A DNA stretch of 64,000 bases. It comes from Octopus vulgaris (taxonomy: Eukaryota). The notes under the pieces are model-generated. The model saw nothing but the letters and a program-made list of their open reading frames with translations, searched no databases and was not told where the DNA came from. Position numbers and translations under genes: made by a program. Shown in pieces: positions 43,086 through 57,680 of the stretch; the first letter of the stretch is position 1; every line of letters starts with the position of its first letter. The stretch lies in assembly GCA_951406725.2 (NCBI GenBank), contig OX597839.1:15624001-15688000 (forward strand). Direction: 5' to 3'.

Positions 43086-43469
43086 TTTGATAGCCTTTGA
43101 TTTTTGTTTTTAAATACTTTTATTTTTTTATGGAATATTGTGTTTTCCTTTCCTTTCGAGCAGTGTCGAGTTTAGCTCGAACACTGTATTTATTTCTTTA
43201 ACTAGGTGTAGCGAAATAGAGTAACGGGCCTTGCTTACAGGGGACACAACTCACTTTAATTTCTTGCATTAGTTAAAAAGCAAATGCTTGTTAGTTAAAA
43301 TTCACTTTCAGTAATATCACTATTAATACATGTGAGAAAGACAGTAATGTCTCCCAAATTTATTTGCCCTAGTCAGTCTTATTCGCCCATGCAAGTGTAG
43401 CTGTGTGGTAAGAAGCTTGCTTCTCAACCACATAGACCTAGGTTCAGTCTCACTGCATGGCACCTTGAG

Positions 43470-43718
43470 AAAATTGTGTGTGTGTGTATATATATATCAT
43501 CATCATCATATATATATATATATGTATGCATGTATGTATGCATGTATGTATATGTATGCATGTATGTATATGTATGCATGTATGTATATGTATGCATGTA
43601 TGTATATGTATGCATGTATGTATATATATGTATGTATATGTATGCATGTATGTATATATATATATATATGTATGCATGTTTGCATATATGTATGCATGTT
43701 TGCATATATATATATGCA

Positions 43719-43749
<31 letters not shown>

Positions 43750-43887
43750 GCATGTATATATATATATGTATGTATATATATATATATATATATATACATG
43801 CATGTATATATATATGTATGTAGATATATACATATGTGTATATGTATATATATATATGTATATGTGTGTGTGTATATGTATATATGT
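43470..43887. repeat. (TATG/TGCA/TA)n microsatellite
   Basis: Directly visible. Confidence 0.9.
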
Positions 43888-45910
43888 CTTCATCATCATC
43901 ATCATCGTTTAACGTCTGTTTTCCATGCTGGCATGGGTTGGACGGTTTGACTGAGGTCTGGCAAGCCAGGAGGCCACGCCAGGCTCCAATCTGATCTGGC
44001 AATGTTTCTACAGCTTGATGCCCTTCTTAACACTAACCACTCCAAGAGTAGAGTGGGTGCTTTCTACGTATCACTGACACAGGACCCAGACGGAGCGAGG
44101 GAGCTGGCATCAACCACTTTCGGATGGTGCTTTTTACATTCCACAGGCACCGAGAACCAGTCAGGTGGCTCTGGCAACGACTGACCCATGAATGGTGCTT
44201 ATTATGTGCCACCAGCATGGGAGCCAGTCAGGCTGCACTTGCATCAACCACAACTACAATTTCCATTTGATTGTGGTTTGATTTGATTTTAATTTTGATG
44301 TTGATGTACTTGACTCAGTAGGTCTCCTGAAGCATGACATGTCGTCTGACAATCCAAAGGTACTTGTTTTTTAACATTATTTACATTATTTATATTCAAG
44401 GCATATGGCATAGTGGTTAAGAGCATGGGCTACTAACCCCAATATTCTGAGTTTGATTCCAAGCAGTGACCTGAACAACAACAACAACAATAATAATAAT
44501 AATAGCATTGAATAATACCTTAGGAATGAGAACCCAGGTTCGAAATTTCCCTAAGACACCTGAAGAAGGCTGGAGGGTATATCAGCCAAAACGTTGTGTT
44601 AACAACAAAAAAGATGAGGACAAATATCCGTTGAATGTAAATAATGTACATAATTCCTCATCTCTTAAATATAGAACTGTACTTTTTTTTTTTAGTGGGC
44701 TGGTTATGCGACACTGGTGTAGGCTACAGCTGTGATATCACTTTACTTGCCAGGTCTTCTCAGTCACAGCATATCTTCAGAGGTCTCTGTCTTTTGTCAT
44801 TGCCTCACCACCTCATCCCATGTCTTCCTGGGTATCCCTCTACTACAGGTTCCTTCCACTGTCTGGGAGTGACACTTCTTCACACAGCTCTCCTCATCCA
44901 TCCATAGTACATGACCATACCAGTACAGTCATCTCTCTTGCATGCCACATCTGATGCTTCTTATGTCCAACATTTCTCTCAGGGTGCTTACACTCTGTTG
45001 TGTGCACACTGACATTACACATCTAGGGAATCATGCTAGCTTCATTTCTTTCGAGTTTACACATGTCTTCAGCAGTCACAGCCTATGTTTCACTGTCATG
45101 AAGAATGGCAGTTTGTACACATGCATCATACAATCTACCTTTCACTCTGATCGAACTTTGCCCAGGCTATTCTTATTCTAGTGGTAACTCTCTCTGAGCA
45201 TCAACCCCCACTACAAACTTAGTCACCTACAGACGTCTGTAGTTTGATTTTGTACTAAGCAGACTCTCTCCCTAATTGCTTTGACCCTCTCCATGACCTT
45301 CATCCCCTGATCCAGCAGTTTGATACTCCTGTAGTTATTTCTATCTGAAGCATTTCCTTTACACTTGTAGCAGCTGACTATGGTGCTATTACGCCAGTCA
45401 TTGGGTATGACTCCTTCGTGAACTACCTGGTTTACAATATGGGTGACTAGACCATAACCCACACCACCAGATATTTTAAGCATCTCAGCAGTGATTCCTC
45501 AAAGGCCGGAGGCTTTTCCTGGCTTCATATCCTTAATTGCTTTATCTACTAGGGAGCTGTCTATTTGGATAGCTGGTCCCTCAACTGGGTCAACATTTGG
45601 CAGGCTCTCCTCCTCCCATTCATCTTCCACATTCAGCAGTCTTTCATTATGGCTTCTTCAAGCCTCTTTCTCTTCAGAATCATTAAAAGCAAGTGAACCA
45701 TCATCCATTTGGACACATTTCTCTCCTGTGACATCACAATTTTCTCTTGCACACTGTCTTGCAATCCAAAATACTTCAGTTCTTTGGTCCTCATGTCGCA
45801 GAACATTAGCAAACTTCTTTTCTGCTTCTCCCTTGGCTATGTGTACCTGTTGCCCAGCCTGCCTTCTGGCTATCTAGTACAGTTTCCTGCTACCCCCATT
45901 CTTCCAGACT
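43888..45910 (-). mobile_element. RTE-clade LINE fragments (3' UTR plus ORF pieces), interrupted by the 44376-44679 insertion
   Basis: Minus ORF 45223-45483 EMLKISG...IPNDWRNSTIVSCYKCKGNASDRNNYRSIKLL; (GAT)n tail at 43888-43907. Confidence 0.75.
44376..44679 (+). mobile_element. tRNA-head SINE-like element with a hammerhead motif and an inverted 5' copy of its 3' sequence
   Basis: A-box tggcatagtgg (44406), B-box gagtttgattcc (44449), (AAC/AAT)n, hammerhead motif 44555-44600, 24-nt inverted repeat 44376-44399/44631-44654. Confidence 0.65.
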
Positions 45911-45979
45911 TTCCAGGGTGCACACTGACATTACACATCCAGCGAAGCATACTGGCTTCATTCCTTGCACACATGCACA

Positions 45980-46905
<926 letters not shown>

Positions 46906-46966
46906 TTTGATTTTAGCATCCTCCATTCTTAACAATTTTTCTTTTTTTTCTTTCAAAATATGTTAG

Positions 46967-47119
46967 TTGCGAGTACAAGTCCAGTTTTCTCCAGTTCTTA
47001 ACGAGAAAGAAATTAAAGAAGAAGCTATTGCACTGGTCACCGCTATGCTTCAGAAAGAACTCCAAATGAAATACCAAATGCATCTGAAGAAGGCCGAGGC
47101 AGATAAAGAGCACACTTTG
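46967..47119 (+). CDS. CFAP74: CFAP74 internal exon 8
   Basis: tag|LRVQVQFSPVLNEKEIKEEAIALVTAMLQKELQMKYQMHLKKAEADKEHTL|gtaggt; phase 0 to 0. Confidence 0.83.
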
Positions 47120-47505
47120 GTAGGTTGAAACTGAACTTTATGTTTTCCGTTTTGATCATCTTATTTTCCTATTTGATCATATTGCAGACAACCAGGTAAA
47201 TAGAGTGTTTCAAATTACCTGTTGAAATATCAACATTTTGTATTTTTGTAATGAGGGAGTGCTATGCCAAGTTATTAGCTAAGAAGACATTAACTGTTAC
47301 TGGCTTTACCCAACACATTTAAAGACGTTATTAAATGCATACAACTATTTTTGAAACCAATATTTTTAAGGTAACACTCCAATATTTTATCTTCTTCACT
47401 ATTTGTCTCTATTATAATTTTGCATATCATTTGAAAATTAATTTTTATGAGATGTTATAGAATTTGACTTTATGGCATTATCTTTTTGTTTTGTTTTTTT
47501 CCCAG

Positions 47506-47621
47506 AAAAGTAGCAGAAGCAAAACTTCAAAAAAAATGAAATCTATCGACTGTATATCATCCCCTTCAGGACTAAAGCCAAGGTCAACTCTGCAGCCTTG
47601 TATGGAGTCCATTAAAAATGA
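47506..47621 (+). CDS. CFAP74: CFAP74 internal exon 9 (K/S-rich linker)
   Basis: Polypyrimidine cccag|KSSRSKTSKKMKSIDCISSPSGLKPRSTLQPCMESIKN|gtgagt; phase 0 to 2, which is required to join exons 8 and 10. Confidence 0.75.
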
Positions 47622-49169
47622 GTGAGTAATCTACCTGCTTTATGAACTTATCTGTATTCCTTACCAGCAGCATGTACGGTGCTTTACGTAATAATACAAA
47701 CCTCAAACAACTTAGATATGATTTACATTTATGGAACCTCTTTGTATATACTCTTAGACAAACACAAGTTTTATCCTATGCTGTGTTTCTCAAAAATCGG
47801 AAATAATGATTAATTTAATTATTGTGTCTAAATGATATTCTTAATCTTCTTTTTGATTTTAATATGCACATATATTTATGTGCAGGTACCTCATTTAACA
47901 GAGTGAGCTAAATATAATTTTTAATCAATTCAAATTATAATGAGAAGAAAATCATTAGTTGTTAATAAAAATTACTCTGAAAAGCAACAAAAGTGAGAAC
48001 TCAGAAATTTTTTATTGGCCAAAACTTAGACGGCAGTATGCAAGGGAAGTATGTCTGATTTTTTATAGCAATAGTAACTACTACGACAGATACATATTAT
48101 TTTTGTTAGACATTCTATTCTGTGAAGCATAGAAAACTCAAAGTTACCAAGTCATTAAATACAGTATTAGGGGAAAAAATAATTTACTAAATGTTGTTGG
48201 CATCCTTTTGTCTTGGGAGACAATGGGGTTGCGCATAAACTAATGTAGTCTGGTTTTTACACTTCATGTCCTCTCCAGGTTTGTGAAGGCCTGGGCTAGA
48301 TGTAAGAAAATCCTGGGTAGCCCAATCATCAGGTTTCCTCTCTCGACCTTGCTGACATAGTCCAAAGGAGTGCAGAGCATTACGTTTGGCACCAGCTTGG
48401 TTGCAGGAGCTGCCGGAAAGTGTCAAGTCAGACACTAAACTGCCTACAGGGCTCCACTCCAAATTTCTTTGAAGGTTGTCTCCTTTCCATAACCCTGGAT
48501 AGGGGCTCCTACCGGGTACTGTCAGCCAGAGCCAGCTGAGCCCGGGACTCGTGTCAGGAAGAGTCGTCACTCCCTGAAGTAGTAAAGAAAATCACTACCC
48601 ACTACCTAAATTTATTGATTAGGTTAATTCAAATAATGATATTTAATAAGGACAGGTTGTTTTTACTTTTTACTCCTGAAGATTTTACTTGCAGTTGACT
48701 TTGAATGAAAATGGAATTGTACACTGAATGGATGGTAGAACATTGAAAGAGCATTTATTTATATACTACTAAAACTCTGTGATTGCTTGCTTGCATGCAT
48801 ATATTTTTACTTTTATTTTTATTCTCTTATTTCTCTTTATACTTCCTATATCCATCCTTTTCCCAAATCACTCCTTATATTGAACTCTACTATTTCTCTC
48901 TAGTTAACTTTCTCTTATCATTTCTGATGAAGGGATATCCCCAATATCCCAGAAATAGCTATAAAACTACCTATCTCTTTATAAATATCCTGTAAATTCC
49001 ACACAGCCTTCGTTTTATTGTCTCACTTTTTTCAACATATACATGCTCACACAAGACCTGCATTAGACTCCTCACTTGTATTATTATCGAACCAAGAGTC
49101 TAACTATGGTCCTCCCATAGCACTTACATAGCCTTACCTGCCATCTTGGGTCTTCTGGATATCAATACT

Positions 49170-49210
<41 letters not shown>

Positions 49211-49841
49211 TATATTTGAGGGCTCATGTTAGAGTGATGCATTCATAATCACAAAATCATGGTTTGAATTCCTAGGCCATTTGATGTGTTGTGTTCTTAG
49301 GCAACACTCTTCATCTCATTGTCTGCAATCACTTCAACACCTGACATGTGGTATATCAGGCAGCTGTTCAGGAAACATTGATTTGATGGAGGAAGTGAAC
49401 TAATGCACAGCATGAACACTTGATCACTACAAAAAAATCATTATTTGTGCAGATTGTTCAGCAACAAATCACAGAACCATTTTCCTCAGACTATAAGAGA
49501 CGACCATCGTATGCATACATATATGTGTGTGTGTCTCTATAATATATATCTGCTTTGATACAGTTCAGCTACTGATGATGATGATGTTCATATCACACAA
49601 AACCAAGATGTCTGGCTGCTTAGCATTTTATTTTAAGTCAAGGAATGAAGAATCTTACTTGAGAACTAGTAAGGATAAGAATCATTGAAGGTATCTAACC
49701 ATAGAGCAGTAATTTGATGAGTTGTAGTGCACCTGAGCACTATACACAATAATTTCATTATTACTATTATTATTATTTTATTACTTCACCAAGTCACATC
49801 CAAACCATGCCAGTATAGTAAAAGCAGGCATAAAAGCAATG

Positions 49842-49872
<31 letters not shown>

Positions 49873-52253
49873 TACAGAACATGCTGTGAAGAATATAGAG
49901 TAACACAAGTGAAAATGCAAAATATTCAATTTTGAATATATAACTTATCTTTCATTTGTAACACCAAAAATAAACATACACATACATATACATAATTAGA
50001 AACTAAAGCTTTTTGAATCACACCTCTTGGTTTTCCTGCTTCCTATTGTATTTGTATTTTATGTGTTTATGTTTATGAAGATATGCATATATGTGCATGA
50101 AGATAATAAAATATGTCTTTCAATGCTATGTCTGGAATCTCAGTCTAGCATTATCTATAGTTGATCCTAAATTTGTAGAATAACATTGGTTTCTGTTTTC
50201 AAGCTCTGTTTATCTCGATATACTTCAGAAAATGGGAAATACTTTGAAAAGATATTTCAAACTTCCTCTTCACTCGTAGTAATTCGTCCCCACTATCTGA
50301 GTTATTTCCCTTTAATTGTTAAAGTCACTGAGAAAAAAAACTTGCAAATAGTTTCAAGTTGATGGAGGAACAAAGACAAAAAGTTAAATATGATTGACGA
50401 AGAGTAACTTCTACCGTTGTTAGAGGAAATAATGGAGAGAGGGCAAAGAGAAGATATCTATAAGAAAGAGATGTAACTATAAAAATAAAACTGGTAAATG
50501 TAAGAAGGGAAAAAACTTGTATAAAGAAAAATCAAAGAAACTCTGTGGTAACACAATATCAAGTGTGTGTGTGTGTTTATGTAGTTCCAGTTCAGTGACA
50601 GTGCGGTTTCTGATTTGCATAATTGATGGTTTTCAAAGTGTTTGCATTTCCAGAATATCTCTGATATGACATTTAAATATTTCTAATTTTCTTATATCAT
50701 GCGATATGAACAGATCTTGAGGACCATGAAACCAGTGATGGCTCACTTGTATTGCTTTATAATTACAAATACATTACTCTACATCTCTATCAAGTGCTAT
50801 GAATTTTAAAATAATTTTGTTTTTCTTAAGCATTATATGAGATATGTACATACAGGGTATTCAGATTAAATTTGACAGCTTGCAAAAAGGAAAACAAAAT
50901 AAAATATTTCAGGTAAAAATAGCTGTATTTTAAAAAATGAAAATATATCAACTCGATTATGACTGGGATTATGACCGGTGGCATGTAAAAAGCACCATTT
51001 GATCGTGGCCGTTGCCAGCCTTGCCTGGCCTCCGTGCCGGAGGCACATAAAAAGCACCATCCGATCGTGGCCGTTTGCCAGCCTTGTCTGGCACATAAAA
51101 AGCACCCACTACACTCATGGAGTTAGGAAGGGCATCCAGCCGTAGAAACACTGCCAGATCAGACTGGCACAGCTTTCTGGCTTCCCAGACCCCAGTTGAA
51201 CTGTCCAACCCATGCTAGCATGGAAGGCGGACACTAAGCAATGATGATGATGATGATGTGAAATATGTTTACTCAAAGTAACCATACTCGTCTTCTATCA
51301 CAACCTTAAGACATCTCCAGAACTTGGTGTATGTGTTCTTCAGTGTGTCCCTGAAAGATCTTGGCTTTGATGCTGCAGGCAAAGTGATTGATGTCTTTCT
51401 CAGCTGTCTCCACACACAGTAATCCTTCAGATTATGAGCAGTGGGATTAAGCGGCCAGACATCGGGAGTGATGAAGTCATAGAAATTTTCTGACAACCAC
51501 TTCTAACTCTTTCCAAAGGTATGGCAACAAGTCAGATCCTGCTACCAGACATATGGCCTTCCAGCCAGGATCTGACCATAGGCTCTAGCAGCTTCTGAAC
51601 TGAGCCTAATGCCCTGTTCAGAAGTGTGGGAATGAATTCCAGTATGCAGCCAGAGTCATAGTGCTTGTTTGTGTCCTTTTCTGCTATCCACAGTTTTGTA
51701 GTCTCAGTTGCAGTGGCCCATGTCTTGTCATTCAGCCTTTTCAGTGTTCACAGAGCATTGAGCAGCAGTCATGATGCAGGCATTTCGATATCACAAATCA
51801 TCATGATACACATAATAGCACTTTTCCTATATTCATATGGCTTCCAGTCCTCCGTGTCAGCTAAAATTTTCTTGACTACATCTCTAATCATTATGCTTTC
51901 CGATGCCATTATCTGTTCACCGAAACATCAAGCAATTTCTGAGAAAAAAGGAGACATAAAAGGTAGCCAAATTTAGCTGAACATCATGTGTGTGTGTCTG
52001 TGTATACATATTATTAAGAAGGCAGTGAGCACAAAGTGACAACTTGAAAAGGACAATTGTAATACAATATATAATCTATATGCATGTGTATATATTGTAA
52101 ATTTAACATTTAATTAATTCAATATAAGCATTATTAAATATTATATATTTGTAAAGAACAATTTCAAACTGAAATACACAAATGGAATTAACCATGTATT
52201 GTAATATGTACTTTTCCATGTATTGTGTTTTGTATTTTTTTTCTTTGTTTTAG

Positions 52254-52379
52254 TTCAAAGGAATTCTCATCAGCTGTTATTTCTTTGGTCCGAAATTTCA
52301 AACCATTTGAAAAGATGTACAGAATCCCTTGCTATGTTGCTCGTGGTATTTGCAGCCCAATGAATCCACTTGCATATGA
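52254..52379 (+). CDS. CFAP74: CFAP74 internal exon 10
   Basis: tag|SKEFSSAVISLVRNFKPFEKMYRIPCYVARGICSPMNPLAY|gtaagt; phase 2 to 2. Confidence 0.85.
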
Positions 52380-52464
52380 GTAAGTGTATTAACAGTATAC
52401 GTTGTCCATAATGCAATGTTAATGATCATCACAAGCTTTGTCAGTAACATTCTTTAATTTCATA

Positions 52465-52514
<50 letters not shown>

Positions 52515-52607
52515 GTGGATGAATAAATGAGTGAGCATGTGCAAGTGTGTTTCATCACTTATGTCATATAAGCTTTATTTTCACTCAGAATGAGATAAAA
52601 TGATGTA

Positions 52608-53232
52608 ATAATAATAATAAATGAAATTATTGTGTATAGTGCTCAGTTGCACTACAACTCATCAAAGGTGCATGCAGAGTACATAGAATTATGTACGAAA
52701 GTCAGGTAAGAGAACAGTGTATGAGTCATGATAAACTACGTATGGAGGGGAGGATATCAGGTGTAGCGTTGGTGAATTTCAGGAAGCATGGAGGTTTTAA
52801 AGGATGCAATGTCTCGGCAGCTAACAACTGATGCGGGTAGTTTGTTCCATGCTTCAGCAACTCTGAGTGTGAAAAAATGTTTCTGAAAGTCATGGGAGCT
52901 GTGCTGTTCTCTGTCTTTGTATGGATGCCCACATCTGTTAGACACATGGAATTCAAAAAGGTGCTCAGGGTTGTTGTAGGCAAGATGGTTAATAATTTTG
53001 TGAGTGTTTACGAAATAAGTTGCAAGATGTCAGAGCTTCAGTGTATCCATGCCCAGGGAAGCAAGGCATTCAGAGTATGGTAGATGCCTGATGGAGGGTA
53101 CTCGCTTGGTTGCACATCTCTAAACAGTTTTCAGAAGGTCAATATTCTGAGCAAGATAGGGGTTCCAGACTGGTGAGACAAATTGCAAGTGTGGCCGCAC
53201 CATAACCATATACAGCTGTAAATAGATAGCTG
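52608..53232 (-). mobile_element. CR1/L2-like LINE 3' fragment, antisense (tiny 3' end also at 49720-49775 +)
   Basis: Minus ORF ...HSSHDFQKHFFTLRVAEAWNKLPASVVSC; (AAT)n tail. Confidence 0.88.
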
Positions 53233-54451
53233 AGGCAGATTGCTTTAAATGCTGATCCCTTTCATGATGGAGAATTTACTACTCACTACAGATTATCAAA
53301 TAGTCATTAGCAACTTCAGAGTGGAAGCTAGATGAACTCAAAAACAAAAGAGAATGTGTAGAAAGAAACCACAGAAGCTGAATGTGCCTTGGTTGATCTT
53401 CAAGAAAAAGGAGATCAGGACTAATAATAGAAGATGACTGATGATTTCTGCAAGATAACTAGCTGATAGCTACAGATCAGACCTGTGATTGGTGCAAGGT
53501 ACCCAGACAAGTATAATATGTGGTGGTAAAAAGCACAGCTGTAAGCAAAGTCAATAGGATTTAAGAGACATGCTTGGGGAAACTGGAAGGAATGAGACTA
53601 CAGAGAGCTTTACAAAGTAGCTAAAAGTGAAACTAAGCAGTCTTTGTATTTTCTTCCTTTCTTTTCACACTCTTCTCTTTCCTTCTTTTCATGTCTCTTT
53701 CAATTCTTTCCTCATTTATTCTTATATTAGTTTGTATCAATATGTGAATGACTCCATAGGACACTCTTATAATGCTGATTTTGTTATGCTTGATCCTCTA
53801 TGAAAAAAGACCATCTTTGATACATATTCATTTTTTGACAAGATACAAAGATATAGTAAAATAACTGGACATTTGTAAGGTATCATCATCATTGTTTAAC
53901 CTATGCTTTCCATGCAGGCATAGGTTTAACAGTTTGACAGGAGCTGGCCAGGCAGAAGACTGCACCAGGCTATTGTGTCTGTTTTGACAGGGTTTTTACA
54001 GTTGGATGCCCTTCCTAACACCAACCACTCTGCAGAGTGGACTGAGTGATTTTTACATGGCACAAGCACAGACAAGATCAGTTTTGACATGCTTTTTATG
54101 TGGCACCAGCACCAGCAGGGTCACCAAGTAACTTGCAACACAAGGAATTTTGACAAGGGAGGGGGCATTGGAGGAGGGTATTTTGTGTCTGATAATGGAA
54201 GGTTAGAGTATGGCAGAGAGGCATAAACAGGTGTCTTGCTGTACAGGAGGGAGATTTGGAGGAGGTGATCTTGTGTCAGATGATGAAAAGTTAGTGTGTG
54301 ACAGAGAGGTGGAAGTAGGTGTCTTTCTATAGAGGAAGTACATGGTTACTCAGGGAGATTGAGAGAATAACCATCGATTCTACATAGGTATTGAGCCCTT
54401 TATTGAATTGTAGTTTACTTAATTTTAGGCCAAAAATTTATATATATATAT

Positions 54452-55264
54452 AGGAAAATTTTTATTGTCACTAATTGTAACTAAGGATGCCAGAACGCCT
54501 ATATTGCAATAAATAAGAGTTAAAAACTCCTAATGTTGTAAGAATCGTGCAATCTATATATATTCACTGACAAGTAAGGTAACCACCCCATGAGCATCTC
54601 TAGGATCACTAAACTAGACTAGACTATTTTCACCTATCAGTCATAGGCTCATCAGTAGTGACTGCTCAATGGTTTGGCCAAATCTGGCCATCAGCATATA
54701 TATTTTTACCATAATAACTTATGGCTGATTCAGCAAAATGCTAATGCATATATTAAACTTTTATCATCACTAATTGTGACTGAGGGTTATGAAGCACCTA
54801 TACTGTAAGAAATAAGAGTTAAAAACTCTTAATACTGTAAGAAGCGTGCAATACAATATACACTGACTGGGGAAATAACCACCCCATGAGTGTCTCCAGG
54901 TTCACTAGATTAGTTTTGCCTATAAGTCATAGGTATTATGTTGCACCTAACTGTTTATATTAATTTTTAATATATGCATTAGCAATTTGCTAAATCAGCC
55001 ATAAATTATTATGGTTAAAATACATATGCCGACAGCTGGATTTAGCCAAATCATAGAGTATTTGAGCAGTCACTAATGAGCCTACAACTGATAGGCACAA
55101 TTAGTCTAGTCAAGTGATCCCAGACACTAATGGGGCAGTTATCTCCCCTGTTAGTGTATTTATATTGTGCACTTCTTATGGCATTAAAAGTTTTTAAGTC
55201 TTATTTCTTACAATATAGATGCTTCAGTACCCTCAGTCACAATTAGTAATGATTAAATTTTTCC
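54452..55264. mobile_element. PLE pseudo-LTR-like repeat: about 1.6 tandem units of about 305 bp plus one inverted unit, with hammerhead motif
   Basis: 54452-54757 partly repeated at 54758-54933 and inverted at 54966-55264; minus strand 54618-54659 acta-CTGATGA-gccta..taggt-GAAA-atag-TC-tagt. Confidence 0.72.
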
Positions 55265-55280
55265 ATTATGGTATTATATT

Positions 55281-55497
55281 GGCGGTGAGCTGGCAGAATC
55301 GTTAACACATCAGGCGAAATGCTTAGCTACCGTTATGTTGTGAGTTCAAATTCCGCCGAGTTGACTTTGCCTTTCATCCTTTTGGGGTCGATAAATTAAG
55401 TACCAGTTACACACTGGGGTCGATCTAATCGACTTAATCCCTCTATCTGTCCTTGTTTGTCCTCTCTGTGTTTAGCCCTTTGTGGGTGGTAAAGAAA
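55281..55497 (+). mobile_element. tRNA-derived SINE family B, best-preserved copy (others about 27670-27875 and 60975-61180)
   Basis: tggcagaatcg A-box-like and gagttcaaattcc B-box, followed by the conserved core gactttgcctttcatccttttggggtcgataaattaagtaccag. Confidence 0.75.
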
Positions 55498-56090
55498 TCG
55501 GTATTATATTGTGCCAGAACTGTTTGTATTCATTTATATATATATATATATATATTAAATATTTTGTATACAAAAATAGACCATTTTGCATATGTACATA
55601 ATGAAATGGTTATAGCAAGGCATTAAGTTATCACAGTTAAAGCCTGTGAATTTTGCCAAAAAACCTAAATTATGCATCTGCTATTATCAGTGACTAACCC
55701 CAGACTGGCAGTCAGGCTCAGTATAGTTTAAAATGTATACAATATTGAGTAGAACCAGAGAGTTTTAGAAAGAATCAAGAAACTTCTCCATTCACTGTAA
55801 ATAATTTTGCGTAAAAACCTGAAATCATGAAAATAGACAGCAAAACAATAGAAAATCAATTTATAAGATGAAAATGATACAATTAATGTTCAGTGATAAA
55901 AATCAATGTCATTGCAAGAAATAAGCATTGTGTAAGAAATTATTGAGATGAATAATATTATTTCAGCCTGACTTTCAGTATATTAAACATCTGATACTTA
56001 AATTTGTTTAGCAAACTAAAATAGGACATTAGTTATACATATCAAAATGCTTAGAGCCAGGAATTTATTCATACATACATACATACACAC

Positions 56091-56122
<32 letters not shown>

Positions 56123-57199
56123 AAGAGAGATTTGGGTTGTGTGTGTAGCAGAAAGTTCAATCTTTTTCGGCCTCAATATTTTTGTTTACTTTTCTTTGTT
56201 TATTCTCCATTTCTTCTTTCACCACATCTCACTGAACTTCTGGAAGAGCTTTGAAGTTGAGATAACTAACAAAACATTGTGTGGTGAAATACTGTTATCT
56301 AAATATTTAATTAGGGTGGGGCATCATGGTGTTGAAGTCAGCATGGAGGGAAACCATTTCAGAAGCAACAAAACAATTTTCACACCACCTTACTTAGATA
56401 GCATGATATTTATGTGTCATTCCTTTGTGTGTGATTGTGTGGCCAAGTGGTTGAGAAGCTTTGCAGTCATGAGGTTTTGGATTCAATCCCACAGCATGGT
56501 ATCACGAGGAAATGTCTTTGACTATAGACTTAGTTCCATTCAAGTCTTAATAAACAGAAATTGTAGGAGTCTCTCTCTCTCTCTCAGAAGAACTATGCTT
56601 GTAAGTTAAAGGGCCAGCATTGTTATATACTGTCTCATGTTGATTCCAACATAAGTCTGACTGTGTGGCAAGAGCTTGCTTGCCAACCACATGGTTTCTG
56701 GTTCGGTCCCACTGCATGGTACCTTGGGCAAGTGTCTTCTACTATAGCTCCAGGCTTACCAAAGCCTTGTGAGTGGATTTGGTTGGCAGAAACTGAAATG
56801 AAGCCTGTCACATATATATTGCATTTGTGTAACCAGTGTTGGTTTGCTTCCATCCTCATAACTTAGCAGTTTGACAAAATAAACTGACAGAATAAATATC
56901 AGGCTTTAAAATAAAATAATGGGATTGATTCATTTGAGAAAAACACTTCAAGGTGGTGCCCAGCATGATTTTAGTCAAATGAATGAAACCAGTAAAAGAC
57001 AAGGGTGGAGGGGTGATTGGTGGTAAGGATTAGAGCGATAAACATGAGGGATGGATGTTAATAGAAGTGGGGAGAAGGTGATGATGAGCAATACAGATTA
57101 ATTACAGCTGTAGAAGAATATTGTAATAGTAGGGAGAGTAATAATGAGGATGAGTGATAGGAAGATGAGTGGGTAGGAAAGGCTTAGCAGGGACAAACT

Positions 57200-57680
57200 G
57201 GGCAAGAGACCCAATTGTGTGCATACACATTATGCATCCAAAACCTCAAATCATCTTCATTGAAAGCATGGACTATTTTTGGAAGGTGACTTTTCCAATA
57301 ACAGCTCTTCAAAATGCAATGGACACTTGATTTTGAAACTGCTTTCTCACAACTTGTTTGCCACACATATTTTCTTGAACTCTCACAATATCTTCCTAGT
57401 GCCCTTTTTTGCTTTGTGGGCTCATCCATGTCCACCATAGCCTTTTGAAAATGTTCTTGTGGACATTCTGAACAGTTTCATCCGCTTCAAACTTATTCTC
57501 TAATTTGAGTGATGGGAAGTACATTGTTAGATCTGTTTGAAACTCCCTCCTGAACTGTCTTTGCATTTTGACTGTTTTTCCAAAGTCCCAGCAGCACTTT
57601 TAAGACAAATTTCCTTTGCTCAAAGCTTGGTCTGGCTCCCTTCATTGTTTATAATGTGTTAAATCTAAAGGAAATGAAAT
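57200..57680 (-). mobile_element. Tc1/mariner-superfamily transposase N-terminal relic
   Basis: Minus strand ...VKMQRQFRREFQT..KFEADETVQNVHK..VSKSSVHCILK..WKSHLPKIVHAFNEDD resembles transposase HTH regions. Confidence 0.5.

Noticed and set aside
44399-44476. Possible tRNA gene
   Set aside because: A/B boxes are present but there is no intact acceptor stem; better explained as a SINE head. The same applies to the other SINE heads.
48187-48570. 127-aa minus-strand ORF
   Set aside because: No recognisable domain or splice context; it looks like a decayed interspersed repeat.
56139-56609. 156-aa plus-strand ORF in a CFAP74 intron
   Set aside because: Overlaps a SINE and microsatellite; not needed for exon phase and has no CFAP74 similarity.
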